A stretch of 64,000 bases of DNA from Yuukianura sp. NJ FZ-2021 (taxonomy: Eukaryota), in NCBI GenBank assembly GCA_046563655.1, contig CM102287.1:6572001-6636000 (forward strand), read 5' to 3'. The translations under genes and the position numbers were made by a program. The first letter of the stretch is position 1; each line of letters opens with the position of its first letter. Below, in pieces: positions 1 through 13,996 of this stretch. Under the pieces are notes generated by a model. It was given only the letters and a program-made list of their open reading frames with translations, made no database searches and had not been told where the DNA came from.

Positions 1-3000
1 GCTCATGGGCTGAAGGAACTGGCAGCCAGTTGGAGTCATCTGAGACTTGGCCCTTGAAGGGGCCTTCAAAAACTCGGACAATGTCGGACATACTAAAGGC
101 ACAAATTGCTGATGCTCCAATTGAGTTTTCTCCGGTGGTGAATACGGCGTATAGCATTTCAGTTTTTCGCGTTTCGTCGACAAATACGGCACTTGTTCCC
201 TCTAGAATAAGAAAATACGCTCATTTAGAGAATTTTGGTATGAAAATTATAACTTTTGGTGAAAGGAAGCTTCCGCTTGACTTACGAATATGGTCAAAAT
301 AAAACGGAAATTCTCCAGGAACGGAACAATTTAGTCTTGCTTTGAGGAACGTCGTGAACCGATCTTTGTGTTTCTTGCTTCCCGAATCATGGCGGCAAAT
401 ACGCGCCACTCGGCTATAAACAGCTTTTCCACAATTCGTGTGTTCTATGGCCAGTTCACGGAAGAAGAAAAGCGCAAGGTCGTCGTGGGTCACGGATGAT
501 ACAAACGTCGGGTCTAGAAAAATCAAAGAAAATTTTACATTTCATAATTTCGGTCCTGATTGGAATTCAGCGAGTAACATTGTGACAAATTCTTACTGTT
601 CAAATGTCGCACGTCGTGTTGTTCCGTGCGAAGTGGACTTTTGTAAATGAGAGCGTCAGAGCCACCGAAGTCTGCAACCGTGGCAGCATAAACGGCTCCA
701 TGGTGAAGGAGGGACGTTGACCTCTGTCGCGGGTCAAACGGGCTGTATCCCAAGCCTGAGAACTCGTGACTGAATCCTTTTAGGTCCTGATCGTAGAGGC
801 GGCAAAGTGGTTTGAATGCATTAGTACCACAAATGATCCACTTTTGAGTCTGCTCTTCAATTAAGTCCGTTCCGTTTTGCCCGTCACTCCCATTTCCGGT
901 AGTACCGAATCGGTTGGGCGTGCGCGCATGATGGTGATGAATGGGTCCGTGAAAGAGGCGGATGAAATTGTGACAGTCAGAATCCTTCTGACCTTTGAGT
1001 TGACACATTTCCTGGTGGGTTGGAGACACGGTCCAATTCAAAATCTGGAAATAAAGAAAATTACAACAATGAATACAGCGTTATTTGAAGTTTGCGCCTT
1101 CGGGGTCAAAGTCAGCAATTTTTTAAGCCTGAAAAGCACCGCCAAATGCTATTTCATTTCCTTCCGTGTAAATTGAAACAAATTTTGTTGTGATTCGTCA
1201 AGCTCAACAGAACTGACACATTGGGGTTTTTTCAACGCCGAAAGTGATTGATACACGCAAACATAAAACACGATGACACTAAACGCGAAACATGAAAGAA
1301 ACCAATTTTTCACTTTGTATTTCGACCACACACGAACAATCTACCTTTCTCTCAAAATTTTGAAAAAAAAACAAATTTTGAAAATGTTGATAAATTACCG
1401 AGTTAATGCTGAGGTCATGCGCAGACAAGTTGAAAATCGCATCTCTTCCGCCAATCAAAACGTATTCGGTGTTCCACTTCAGCAGAGAAAGGTGTTCGTC
1501 TTCGGAATCTCCAAAACTTCCGAGAAAGTGATTTCCCAGTTTTTCTAAAAGTTAATAAAAAATGAAATATTTTTTATTATTTTAGAATTTTAAAATTCTA
1601 AAATCTAAAATTCGCAAAAAAATCGCTTTGCGAAATATTCTGCTTCAATTTTCTTTGATATTGCATAGCCTTACGCATATTCCTCAAACAAAAATTGATT
1701 TATTTCTCTGAATCCTACGCATGTTTCATGGCCGGATATGTGGGCAGGCATTTACATGAACATTCAACGCCCAATGGAGTCTAAATGATTGTTAATTAAA
1801 CTAAAACAAAAGCATAGCCTTTTAGTAACTTTGCTTCTGTTTTGGTATGATCATCGTGCCAAGGTAATCAAACCATTTGTAATGGAGGCTCTGAGCTTCT
1901 GAGTTTGTTCAAACAATTGCAAATTTTAGACATAGCCTCAAGCAATTTCAAGACTGCACAGTCACTAAAACACAAGCTCATGTTTTATAAGTCACAACAA
2001 TCAACACAACAATGGACTCCTGCCTGGCTCAAGACAATGGGAAAGTCTCAAAAACCGGCAAAAAATAAACGAGGTTTTCGACTTTTCAAAATATAACATT
2101 TTCGTGGGTTGTTGTCTTCTGATGTGCAAAAATTAATTTGCAAGACTTGAGCTTTCAGTTTTTTGACACATGAAAACCTCCGTATGAACACTGAAATAAG
2201 ATCGTTCCCCTCTGTTTCTGGTTCGCAAAATTTACAAATGAGTACATTCCTCTTTCACCTAAAAAGTTTTGAACTGACAGTGAAAACATTTTGGAGAATG
2301 TAAAAACACAAAAATGGTGGTGAAATTTAAGAACTTGTAAAAATCCAATGTCAATACTCTTAACCTTTTGACATCATATTGAAATCATCGGGAAAGTTGC
2401 TCTTATTTCACACTTCAGACAGTTAAGCCCAATACACACTCTAGGAAAATTTGACAATAAAAAAAAACACAATTTTTTCATTCAATGATAAATGACAGAA
2501 CAATAAAATTAAAAGAAGTCGAATCGTCGTAGTTTAAAGCAATAAAAAAAATTGGAATGTTTTTTGGCCAACTTTCCAATGTTTGGAAAAAAAAAGCGTG
2601 TCACTGGTTCATCGTCATTAGGTTCATTTTCAATGAAAAATTTGCAATTTGGAAAAATTGGCAGAAAGTGAGGGATTAGGGTAAAAGGGCAAATGATATT
2701 GACCGTGGGCGTCGTTTTAGCAATTTGCTAATGGTTCTTTACAAGGCAAAGCCATGACTCATTACAGAGGAAAATTATTAATTTTGCTCATGGGTTTCTT
2801 ATGCGGTCGCTATTTATCCCCATTTATCCAATTCGACAGGAATTAGGTGATTAAGGCCTAACGCAAAACGTTCGCCTCGTGACCTTTGACCCATCATAAC
2901 CAAAAACTGGCTTGGATGATACTTATGCTACTTTTTTGTACTCAATTGGATACAACCAGGCAAGGGAGTAATTCGCCCTCTAATGCCTTTTTGCCATTTG

Positions 3001-6000
3001 TTGGTGGCAGAAATGAAGGAGTTGGCTTTCCATTTTCTGTTTCAGTACGTTGAGGGCTTAATTGTAATTAGCTTTATGGATCACTTGTTGGTCAACCTGA
3101 AATTATACGAAATTGTAATTTCACTTAAATTGCAATGTATTGTAATCCGGAGGGAAACTGAAAAAATGGAGACATCGTATTATGGGATTATGCTTCGAGC
3201 AAAATAAGAATCATAAAGGAAAACTTTTTCATTGTTGCATAAATGGCAAAATGAGAGAGTGTGATATGGGCTTATGTTGACAATTAAGATTTAAGAAATG
3301 TAGAAACTTGGAGTTAATTTTTAATTCAGTCAAGGAGTTCACTTCTGCAATGAAATATCTCTATGTGGGCAAAACTAAATTGTAAAGTTGCAAAATCCTT
3401 ATGCAGGATATCGGTGTTCCTTGCAGCAACAAATTTTGAGTGCTGAATGCAGTCATTCAGAACACTTTCAATCTGTCATCATTAAATTTTTAAGGAAGCT
3501 TCTGTTTCATATTTGGTAAAAATTTGCGAAAAGATGAGGAAATGAGGAACTCGCTTTGTTTACTTTTTTACTAACAAGACTTATGAGGTTTTTACCACAT
3601 TTTGGTTTACAAGAACAGTGTTTGATGAACTTTATGATTTAAAAGCAAAAAAACAACTTTTTCAGCGCAATTTCAAAATTTTGAAACACAGAAATTTTAA
3701 TTTGTCAAACTTATTTTTTGAAAATGAATGTCATGAAATTGCTTTGAGGTTTGTGAAGCAAGATCAACCTGACCAGACAACGTTGAGCACTAAAAACCAA
3801 AACTGGATTGAAGTAGTTCAATGTGTAAAGATTTGAAACGTTAATTATTTTTGCGGAAGTGAAAACAAACTGCAACCTGAGATTTGGAGATAAAAAAAAC
3901 TTGATTTTTAAGTTTTCCTCCAAAATATAAAATTTCTAGTCACACTTCATGGGGACTGCTGCGCAGTGTGCCTAATTCAATTTTTGTGTAAACCGGTAAA
4001 CTTTATTTTCTTCCTAATGTTTAAATTCAACAACATAAAATTTTTGCGAAATTTAAAATTCAAGAAGGTTCAGAACTGCTTGGCAATACCATGACTAATA
4101 TGAATGCCTAATGAGCCTTAAACCTGTTGAGTTCAGATGAAACTGTTTTGTTTTTGCAGTAGTTTCGTTCAAAAGAGGTAACTTTTTAGGAAACAGCCAA
4201 ATTACAAAATCCGGTTTTTCTTTTTTGGATTAGTTTACAACTTGGGATTAGGACTAAAAACATTGGCCCTGGGAAGCAGCGCTTGATTTGACTAACACTT
4301 TATGGAGGCAAATTACACTCAAAGATAATGGCGAATTCAGAGAAACAAAAAAGTTGCTCTTCTTGGCATTCATTTTATTGGCAATGGCTGGTGAAAAAGT
4401 TCAAAAGAAAGGTTTTTACTTTGTTTCGAAAACGTTTTTGAACAGCACAGACTTTGCTGAATTATTTCCTTAAAGAGTAAATCCTCAAATCCTATTAAAA
4501 GTTTTGTTCTATTAGTTCTACTCTACGACTGAAGTTTTCAAATTTCTTTTGCTTTCTATACCTTTCACAGAAACCAGTTTTTTAAAAAACTCGGTTTATT
4601 TCTAAGTTTTTTAATGAAAGGAAGTACACGATGACCCGTAAGTTTTGTATGGAATAAAAAAGTGACTTTTTCCATAAAAAGAAACAATGGGAAATGGACA
4701 ATTTTTTTCTTGGTTGTATTATGCTGGATCGTGGGAAGAAAGTATGAAGTAAAACCAAAACGGAGAAGGAGGGAAGATTTAAAAGTAAGATTTCAAAAGG
4801 TAAACGTAAAAGAAAGAAGAAACGAAAATCTACCTTTCCTTGGTTGTAACAATAGAAATGACCAACTTAAATTTTTTGTTTGCCTATTTTCTTGTTAAAG
4901 ATTCAAAGTAAAGGTTAAGGTTTCATTTGTAAAATTCTGTCACTCCATATACAGCTTAGTAGACCATCTGTTGGTTGTCTCTGTTCAAACAATATTTTAA
5001 GTTTTAAAATTGGAAAAAATGTAACATGTTTTTCTACAGTTTTATATTTGTTGAAAATTGACTTTGGGAGAGGAGATGTCTTCATTCAGGAAGTGCAGAT
5101 GAGCTAAGAACTTCTTAGAATTGTAAAAGGAAAATTAGAAAGTAAGCCACGAGTAATTAAATTTAAATTAAGAAAAGATTAAGGTTAACTGTGATATACA
5201 CTTCCTATTCTAATGGAGTACTGCTTGAAATCTTCTAACTTTAATACACTCACATAATTCAAAATTTTGAAATCATATTTTATTTTGGAAACCGCAGAAA
5301 GTTACGGCGTACTGTTTTTTTAAGGAAACGTTCAGTGCGTACCACGCTTAACTTTTTCATTCACGGTGACCACAAACCTACTTTTTTATTCTATTTCGGT
5401 CTTCAGAACAGATTTGACTGTCATCGTGTCACAAAATTGTTGATTCGATGACCTGTGACCTGATAGCTCTCCTTAAAGTAGGACTCTCTGGGCGGGAAAA
5501 TTTGAAAGTGCGGTCCTAATTGGAATTGGCCATTAATCAACGGTGCATTAAGCTATCCTTAGGAGTCAATATTTATCATTCCCTGCCTTTGTATATCTCA
5601 AAGTCTGAAAGAATCCATTTGCAGAACCGGTACTTGGCAGGCCAGCCAACAAGACAATCGGAGACGGCCTTAAGTGTAAATGGGATCACTAAACTTTGAC
5701 TAAATTCAGCCTCGGTGACTAATGGAAAATTAATAGATTGTGGACGTTCAACGGTCTAATCTCAATTTCAGTCTTTTCACATTGTTTTAAATTAAGGCCA
5801 TGCAACACACATTACGCTCAAGCAAAAACTTCCAAGGCTTTTGTTAATTAAAATCAAAGTTAATTTTTTACTCTCAATAATGGGTTCTAAAAGCTAACAT
5901 TTTTGAGTAAGTTAATTATATTAATTTGAGTATAATTTTATTTTACTAATTTGCTAAACCAAAGGTGATATTTCTTGCAACATAAGTGCAAAAGTTCGCA

Positions 6001-8181
6001 ACATTTTTGTTTTGAAAAGTTTGACTTCGGTGACCTTAATCCCCTTTGACTAATTCTGCCTAATATGATATTCGCAAACATAAATCGCATTTTCTTTGAC
6101 AAATATAAATCAATTTCAACGCATAACCCTAAAGAAAATACTTATTTTCTTTCAAAATTGTGACTTTTGCAGGATAAATTTTGAACCTCGTTCAAGTTTT
6201 GTTTTAATTTTCGCTCTCCGTGAAGATTTCGGTTTTCCAAATTCTCGCTTTTCGTCACACACCATAGACGTAGTGTCACATCCAACACTTTTGAAGACGG
6301 CAAAGGGCAGAGGACATGTTGACTTTTGCGTGACGCGTGACTGTCTGCACACGTCAACTAACCGAAAAAGGAAAAGTCAATTTTCACCTAATTTTCGTAT
6401 CCGCAACACGTCACAAAATATTTGAAAACGCGAAAGTTTATAAAGGCATGCAAGAATTCGTATAATGTAGGTAATTTTTGCCAAAATTAGATCCATTTCA
6501 AATCATTTATGGAAGCATCAATTTGTTTTTGTGAAATGTTTTTCTTCGTCTGTTATTCCGTAAATTATGAGTTTTTACTTCATTTTTCAAAATTATTTAT
6601 GTTCCGTGCCTAGCTAAAATTAGCCAAAAACTAGTTTTTTTTTGTAGATGTAAAACGCGTGGGAGGGTTTTCATTTATTCCCATCATCTGCCTCTTTGTT
6701 TTGTTCAGTTTTTCAACGCTTGGCTCACCATCGTATCACTTCACAAGATCTTAATTTTCTCTTCCTGTACATGCAGGAGCACTCACACTTGAACTTCAAG
6801 AAAAGTTCAAAAATAAGTTGAAAATTATAACATCTTTTGGTTTCTCAAGTCCAATCGACTTCTCAACAGCAGAGTTAACAAGGAGTCAAAGCGACTTTAC
6901 AATTTCTCACGGAATTGGATCTGACCAAAAGGATGTGTTAGATTAGCATTTACTTTGGAGAGCAATGATTATCTTGATTATCCACAACATAATTATAGGG
7001 TATGGTTGTTCTTTTCAGTTCCAGATTTTTGGTGGTAATAATTGAAATGGAAATGACAGAAAATGAGAAAATTATGACAAGAGAACAAGTTCCATTTTAT
7101 GGATTCCACGTGGTGGTGATATCCTTGTGTTTGACAGTTTTGGAATGAATGAACTTTGAAGTTGTATTTAACCATCGTTGTAACGTCCGTAGCCACTTGT
7201 GGTGAAGTAACCACTTGGATTGTTACCACTTCTGATTATATTCCAGATTATGACCAATTATCATTTATTTAAATTTGGATCAATTGTAAGTGTCAAGAAG
7301 CCAAGCGTATTACTAGTAGTGCGTAAAGTTACAATTTCTTCAAACTAAAATGGTAAACGCAATGAGAAACGAATACAACGGCGGTAAATATTTTTCGGTT
7401 CAAATTGACCGATTGAAGCAGTCTATATATTGATTGTGATTGGTACTTAATTTATCCTTCGAACGTTAGAATTTGAAATTTAGGTTTTGTTCTCAAATGT
7501 GCAGCATTATCATGGAATTTGTAAAACTAACATTCTTTGAAATGCAAAACTCTTTTTTCAAAGGTTAAATAGTTGGTTCAAGCGTTCGAATTTGAAAAAC
7601 TTTCGCTTTAAATCAAACGACAGGAGACGTAGTTGCGCCAACTATTATTGAAATTGTTATTATATGTTAATAAATTATTTATTAAAAAAATTATTGAAAG
7701 AGAAATTGCCAGCCTTGACATTCAAGTTTGAAATTGTGCAAAGTTGAACTCGTACGTGTCAAATTCGTGTCGAACTTTCAAATGTCAAAATCGTGTCGAA
7801 TTCGCAGATAATTCCTTTCAGTGAACAGCCTGAAGCTATTCGCAGATAAATCCTTAGCAAATGTCAAATGTTACAGAACAATATCATATTCAATGTCAAT
7901 CTCAAATTGTAATGATCTTCATTTTCACATTTTCAATCTCTCAAATTTACAGACGTGTGAAAGCTAAAAGTAGTTTGACACCTTGCAGAACAACAAGATT
8001 CGATTTTAGATTCCTGTTGTAATGACATGGATTAATTTCAGAGCAATTAAAAATTTCGATTAAGAATCAATTCAAATCACTCACCTTTGGACAAATGAGA
8101 ATAAATTTTTGCTCCATCTTGCCAACGCCCAAAAGCCAATCCCGTCCAAATCAAAAGAAAGTGTAACTCTCGCATTTTCAT
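1..8181 (-). CDS. Semaphorin (class 1/Sema-1-like), 5' portion; runs off the window start. Exons 8181-8085, 1544-1399, 1044-597, 513-286, 201-1
   Basis: Phase-consistent GT-AG splicing gives a signal peptide (MKMRELHFLLIWTGLAFG) followed by Sema-domain motifs LIGGRDAIFNLS, CHNFIR, CGTNAFKPLC, SPFDP, FFFRE, SRVARIC, FLKARLNCSVPGEFPFYFD, SAICAF, FEGPFK and SNWLPV. Intron 1 is about 6.5 kb. Confidence 0.92.
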
Positions 8182-8894
8182 CGGTTGATTTCAAACTGAC
8201 TTTCTTTTTTTGCGGTCAAATTTGTTTTTGTAAGTTCTTCAAAAATCTGTTGAGTTCTGGTTGACTGCCTCCATAGTGGTAGTTGGCCTTTTAACGATTT
8301 CTCGAGAACTTCCGAATCTAAAATTAATTCGAAATTTAAAGTGCGTGAGTAACTTTCGAAATTTGATTCTTCTAATTCTTAGGCTTTTATTTAAAGAGGT
8401 TTTGTTGCAGATATGCTTTGGGTTACATTACACTGAAACGTTTGGAGTGAAATTGATTTTTGTTGTATTTTTAAATTTAACAATGAATTGAATGACTCAT
8501 ATTTTCAAAAAATAACAATCACAAATTCGTCCTTGGTTTTGCGTTTAGTATTTTGCACGGTTCATAGTGCAAGTCTTAAATTTTTCCTTCTGTGATGATG
8601 AAGTTGTAATTACTAAATATCCAAAACTGCTTATTTCCTTTGTAGTTAAAATTACTTAATTACTGGCATCCCTTCATTCTTTTTCTCAGGTTACTATCAC
8701 TTTGTGTGTAAAGTGCTTCAAGGAACAGCCCTTGTACGCACCACATCGTTAAGCGTTTAAAATTTCCGCATGCAATGCAAACTATATACTCACAGTTGTG
8801 CCAAGTATTTAGCATTATTTTGCAACTATAATAATAATTATGAATTACACAAAATGAAGAAGCTGGGGGGCGAAAGAACGAAGAGTTTTACCAA

Positions 8895-9497
8895 TAAACC
8901 GGTTGTAAACCGCATAGAATGAAGATGGCTCAGCGATAACGTTTTTTTAAAAGCTAACAATGGAGTTAGAATGTCCCGGGAAACAGAAACCAGTATTTAA
9001 ACGGAGGACCTGGAGAACAACCGAATTCCCACCGAGGGTGTGGGGGCAGGTTCCCCCGTGGGTCTGGGGTTGGGTTCTCCCGGTGGTGTCTGAGGGTGGG
9101 TTCCTCCCACTTTCCCACTAGCAGGACGTTAAAATGAAAAAGTTGACCTTTGACCCGGAAAGAGGTCACTTGGAGTCATGTGATGTACACAAACGTTGTT
9201 GGTCTCGGTGAGATGAACAACTTTTGTAGAGGTCATTTTCCATGGTACCGGGGAAGAAACTGGTTGCCCTTGACCTTTGACCCGGAAGGAGTTGAGCCAC
9301 CGGGGTAATATTCAATAGTGACCAGGTAGGGGTCATGGGATGTTGATTGGTGAAAACCGGAATCAAATCCGTCCAGTAGTTTCTGAGATAATTGCACTGG
9401 ACAGACGGACAGACGGACAGACGGACAGACGGACAGACGGACAGACGGACAGACAGACATGAATCCGAACATAAAGATAGCTTCGCCATCTTAATAA
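8895..9497 (-). mobile_element. DINE-1/HINE-like non-autonomous Helentron-type element, copy 1
   Basis: On the minus strand: 5' hairpin AAGATGGC-GAA-GCTATCTT (9474-9492), a (GTCC/GTCT)n microsatellite (~9398-9458), two CCGGGTCAAAGGTCAA blocks, a 3' inverted copy GCCATCTT (~8922-8929) and a terminal stem-loop (8900-8912). Visibly homologous to 53970-54275. Confidence 0.7.
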
Positions 9498-12400
9498 CTC
9501 CTGTCTTGTTTTTGCTAAATAGTCATCACAGCTTTACGTTTTTCTACACCGCAAAAGAACAAAGCCAAAAGCAAACAAGTTTCAAAATTTTGAATGTAAA
9601 TCGAAAATTTGAAATTCTAAACTGTGCTTGTAGTGCCGATACAAAGGCTACTGCAGTGCTGTAATGGTTACAACTGGTGTAGTGATCTTCACAGTGCAAC
9701 GCGGTTACATGAGCTCCAGTGGGTTTTGCATTTTGAAATTAAACTTTTTGAAATTGAGATTTTTTTGAAATTTTCCTTGTGCTTTGGATGATGATACGAC
9801 CGTATTTAAAGCCCTATGTCCATGCTAACATATTTTTCATAAAAGCGATAAAAATTAACTCCAATATGACGAAATTTCTAAAAAGTTGTATCTTTAGTTC
9901 ATAGAAAAGTTTTTGGTACTTTTTTGAAAGAAACGTCAATGTGAATTCCAATTTCTTTTTCATTTTCACTTGTTTCTTCTATCGTAAAAGTGTTTAAGTG
10001 AACTGGCTTTGGTTTGAAAAAGTCCAGATCCGTTCAGCAGCCTAATGAATGAGCATGCTGACTTTTGACCTAAAACTGAAACATTTTTTTTTGAAATGTA
10101 GCGGAGCATAATGCATACTGCATAAAGCGTGTGGTTTTACTTTTGCACTAACCAGCGTAAACCCATTCAACGTTAGGCAATTAATGGGGATGTCTTACAT
10201 CCCGAGTAACATATGGCTTTTTGATAAGATAAAACAAGCAAAGTGTAAAGTGTCATCAAAGTCAAATGTGTCAAAGCTTTCATTTTCTTTGGCTCTCTGG
10301 TCGTGTGGATGTGCCTCTTATCGTGCCAATTATGGACATTTTGACATTTGACACGTATGCTCTTTCCTTTGTTTGTTCTGTGAAAGTGTGACGTGTTAGG
10401 TTACAAGAACTGCTTTTGTGCAAAACAAACAGTGGACAAATCAATTATAAGCTTGTTTTAGCAGAACATTTGTTAGCAAATACTTATAAATTTTGAAGAT
10501 AAGTGTTTGCCCAAAAATGGTGACCTTGGGATTTCCTAGAAATTTGAACTTTCTTGGAAAGTGTTTTATGAAGATGTCAATGTCAATGAACGGTCATCAA
10601 AGTGGTCAAGGTGTATGTAGGCTCCACTAAGGTGACAAGGAGTATGGTAAACAAGCCTCCCTTAAACCATCAGGGGTAAACAACCCCTTAAAGTACCCAC
10701 CCCCCAAGAAGACAAGTCCCAGACAACTGTCACTTTGGTTAGGACAGGTTTCTGTTTTGTTGAGATTTGGTTTAGAAGCTTAAAAGCTGTAAAAAAAAGC
10801 GACGCTTCCATTTTTTTTTGTTTTAGTTCAGTGTTTTACCAAACCCTGATGGATTCAAGGGAGTGGGCCCTTAGTACACAAAAAGAGGGGCCCTTAAATC
10901 CACTTGCCCGTATGCTCGGAGGTAGTACCTCAACAGGAAATTTACTCGAGCCCTTCTGCTACCCTCCTAAGTAGTGTAAGCACTTAGGCTACCCTCAAGG
11001 TACGCACAAGGTACCCTTAAGTGCCCATTTACGCAGAGACCCTGAACCTACTAACTTCCTTAGCTTTATGAGTCAACGGTGGAGGGGAAGATAGGGTCAA
11101 GAGTCACGAACTCTGAAGATGGCTGCTGTGTTCATCCCTTTTGAAATTTCCCGCCACTCTTAAACTAGAGAGAGATTTCAAATGAAACAAAATTCAATTT
11201 TATGTCAAAAGTGAGTTACAGTTTTCTACTTTATTGCGGTTCTAAAAGTTGCAAACTCTCCTACCATACTGTAATAAAACTGTGCCAAAATGGACATTAA
11301 AAGAAACAGCTCCGCAACTTGTTACAAAAATTAACTGTTCAAAAAACAACTGCGTAGGAGAACCATTCAACAGCTTTCTCGATAAAGCTTTTCTGAGAAC
11401 GTTAGGTCATAGGTTAAATCTTGATTGATTATAGTCAGTTGAAGTAAAAACAAAACCAATTTTAGCATTTGTGTTCCCATTTTCAATGGACCATACCGCC
11501 CAATTCTGTTTTATCATTTGTTTAACCAAACTCTATTTGAACAGTGTTCATGCACACTCTTGATTTGAAAAGTTGTCAAAGAGCACTTTCTGCTCTGTAT
11601 AGCCACTTTGTGGCCAATTCATCATTTTGTAGTTTAAAAAAGTTAATCCCAGTTTAAATTGACAAACAAAGTAGCATACATACGGTATTTAAAGCGTCCT
11701 AAGCTTATCTGAGAGTCGAAATTAAGCAACAACTAACTCTGATCTTTACGGTATTCAATCTATCTTTATTTTGTTCATCGACTCCAAGAGTTATGTGGAT
11801 AAGTGCCAACTTCAAATGAATAATAACCAATATCCATCCATTTATCCACCACTTCACTTTATGGAAATATGAAAATTTTAAATATAAAAAATTGCGACAA
11901 TGATTTTCCAATTTTTGGGTTCCATTTAATGCTCAAACGATTTTTTCAGTTTAACCTAATTCATTTCTTTAATTCATTAATTTAAGTATTTATGTGTAGT
12001 TTGTACGATTGAGCTCCTGCTCATGGCCATTACCAGAGCTTGAGTTTGAACTGCAGTAAAAGATAGTTTTTTTTTTAATTTTAAACTTTTTCTTTACGAA
12101 ACTTTACGAAATTTTATGTTATTACAAAATGGATTCCCTCGTGTATTAGTTCTTGTAAATTCTGAGCGTCGCTCTGCCTTCTTGCCCGTTAGCTTTAATA
12201 CCAGGTATACAGCGTGTTTCAAAAGAAATTATTTCCAGCCACGCACACATCAACCAAAAGGGCCCATAAACCTCAAGCGTATTGTACTGTTTTGTGTCCC
12301 ATTTTTTGTGTCTGGTCTGCCTTTACTCCTGGAGCCATTTTCCCCCCGGGAGAATTCAAGCTTTACAATATCAGAGGGGACTGTAGGCATCATGATCATG

Positions 12401-13933
12401 TTGGCTAGCCATTTTGTTCCCTTAACTTGTACACTTGAAAGTTAGGGATTAACCCTACAACAGGTGAAAATGATTCAAAAATATAAGGGCTTGAATCTAT
12501 GGCTCCCTATCTAAATATACCAACCTAACTTATAGTCTGTCTACAAGTACAGCTAGCGCATCATTCTAAAGTATAGGTTTTCAAAGAACGGAACACAGAC
12601 CCTTCGAAAGTCTTTTTTCAATTTGGTTTTTTTTCATGTTTCAAGGCCCCCCTCCCTCAAGCTTCAACTGTCCAATTTGGCTTTTCTAAAATTTTAAACC
12701 ACTTAAGAATCCCATTTCCAAATCTTGACAGACTCAGCTTTGAAAGTTTAGAACTTTTTAGTACACGCGCTTTAAAATTCATTTTTATTCAAAACGTGTT
12801 GCGTTTCTTGTAAGTTTTTCTAACTTTTTTTAAATTAAAGTTATGAAATTTTTAAACATTATGAATATGGTGAGATTTGGAATTGAATTGAATAGATTGC
12901 CTAATATTTATTGCTTCATACACACGTTTAAGCCTAAAGTTGAATTTGAGAGTGACTTATGGAGTGGAGGATACTTGAACCTAAAACTGCGTAAACGAAA
13001 GACTGATTTAAATTCTCGAGGAGTTCTTACCATGTAGGACTTGCAAAAAAAATTTGTTTGAAGATTTTTTTTGTGTCTGATGAATGAACCTACGAGTGGT
13101 TAAAAACGTGGGAAGTTGCTTTTTTTGATTGATGTGTTTTAGTGAGGTAATTTATCCTTGCGACTACTTCAACTAACCGTGATTGGATGGACATGCAGTC
13201 GCGGCAAGTAGTCGCGGCAAAAGTTGGAATTTTGAACCAAATAATTAATTGTGCTCCTCCATAATAGGACACTTTCCATTTCATACTTCAATTAAGACTT
13301 AAAAAAATATGTAATTGATGGGTTGGAGTAAGGCTGAAATGTAGTTCCTGTAGTACCGGAACGGTGAGTGCAAGACTACTGCAACGAAGAAGCTCACTGT
13401 ACCTGTCATTCACCCCCAGTAATTAATTTAAAAGTTGCCTCACTAACGTTTTAGTAAACAAAATTACTTGAAAATTTTTCTTAATTATGTATAACTACAT
13501 TTTTTTAAATCGTGTGAATCGCTTACCTGCTCTGTAGATCCATCCCACTGAAGTGACAGTGCAGTAAAAATTTTTAGTCGGCTTTATAAAAACAAATTTT
13601 TGAAATTTTCAAAATAGAGTTCAAAATATTTTAACATGTGTAGTGAATTAGGTGAAATAAATGAAACAAATCTTCCACTACTAATGTCTTTGCAATGTTT
13701 TGCAATAGGAAAGGTTATTGAACTTTATTCAACGGACAAAGTTTGTGACAAGGCATAGGAGTAGGAGTAGGACACTAAGTCCTATTGACCAGAGGTCAAG
13801 AGCAGAAAACAGAATGAATCTTGCTGGCCGGACTGAGCCCTTTTTATAGGGTCTCAGCCGGAAACCAGCGGAGTAAAACAACGTCGAATTCTACCCTACT
13901 TGGAATATATGTAAATCATTTGTAGGCTTAAGT

Positions 13934-13996
13934 TCTAATTACAACAAAAGACAAGTTGTAGACAAAGCTCTAATTACAACAAAAGACAAGTTGTAT
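13934..13996. repeat. Local tandem duplication of TCTAATTACAACAAAAGACAAGTTGTA
   Basis: Two identical 27-nt copies about 35 nt apart. Confidence 0.85.

Noticed and set aside
6993..7260. Short ORFs within semaphorin intron 1
   Set aside because: No recognisable domain or consistent splice context.
9166..9664. ORFs with SVRLSVCP / TDGQTDRR repeats
   Set aside because: These are translations of the (GTCC/GTCT)n microsatellite in a DINE-like element, not proteins.
10620..11110. Relatively GC-rich patch with CCCTTAA/TACCCT motifs
   Set aside because: Possibly a decayed repeat, but no termini, second copy or coding signal could be established.
12207..12230. TACAGCGTGTTTCAAAA, resembling a Tc1/mariner TIR
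   Set aside because: I could not find a matching inverted end nearby.
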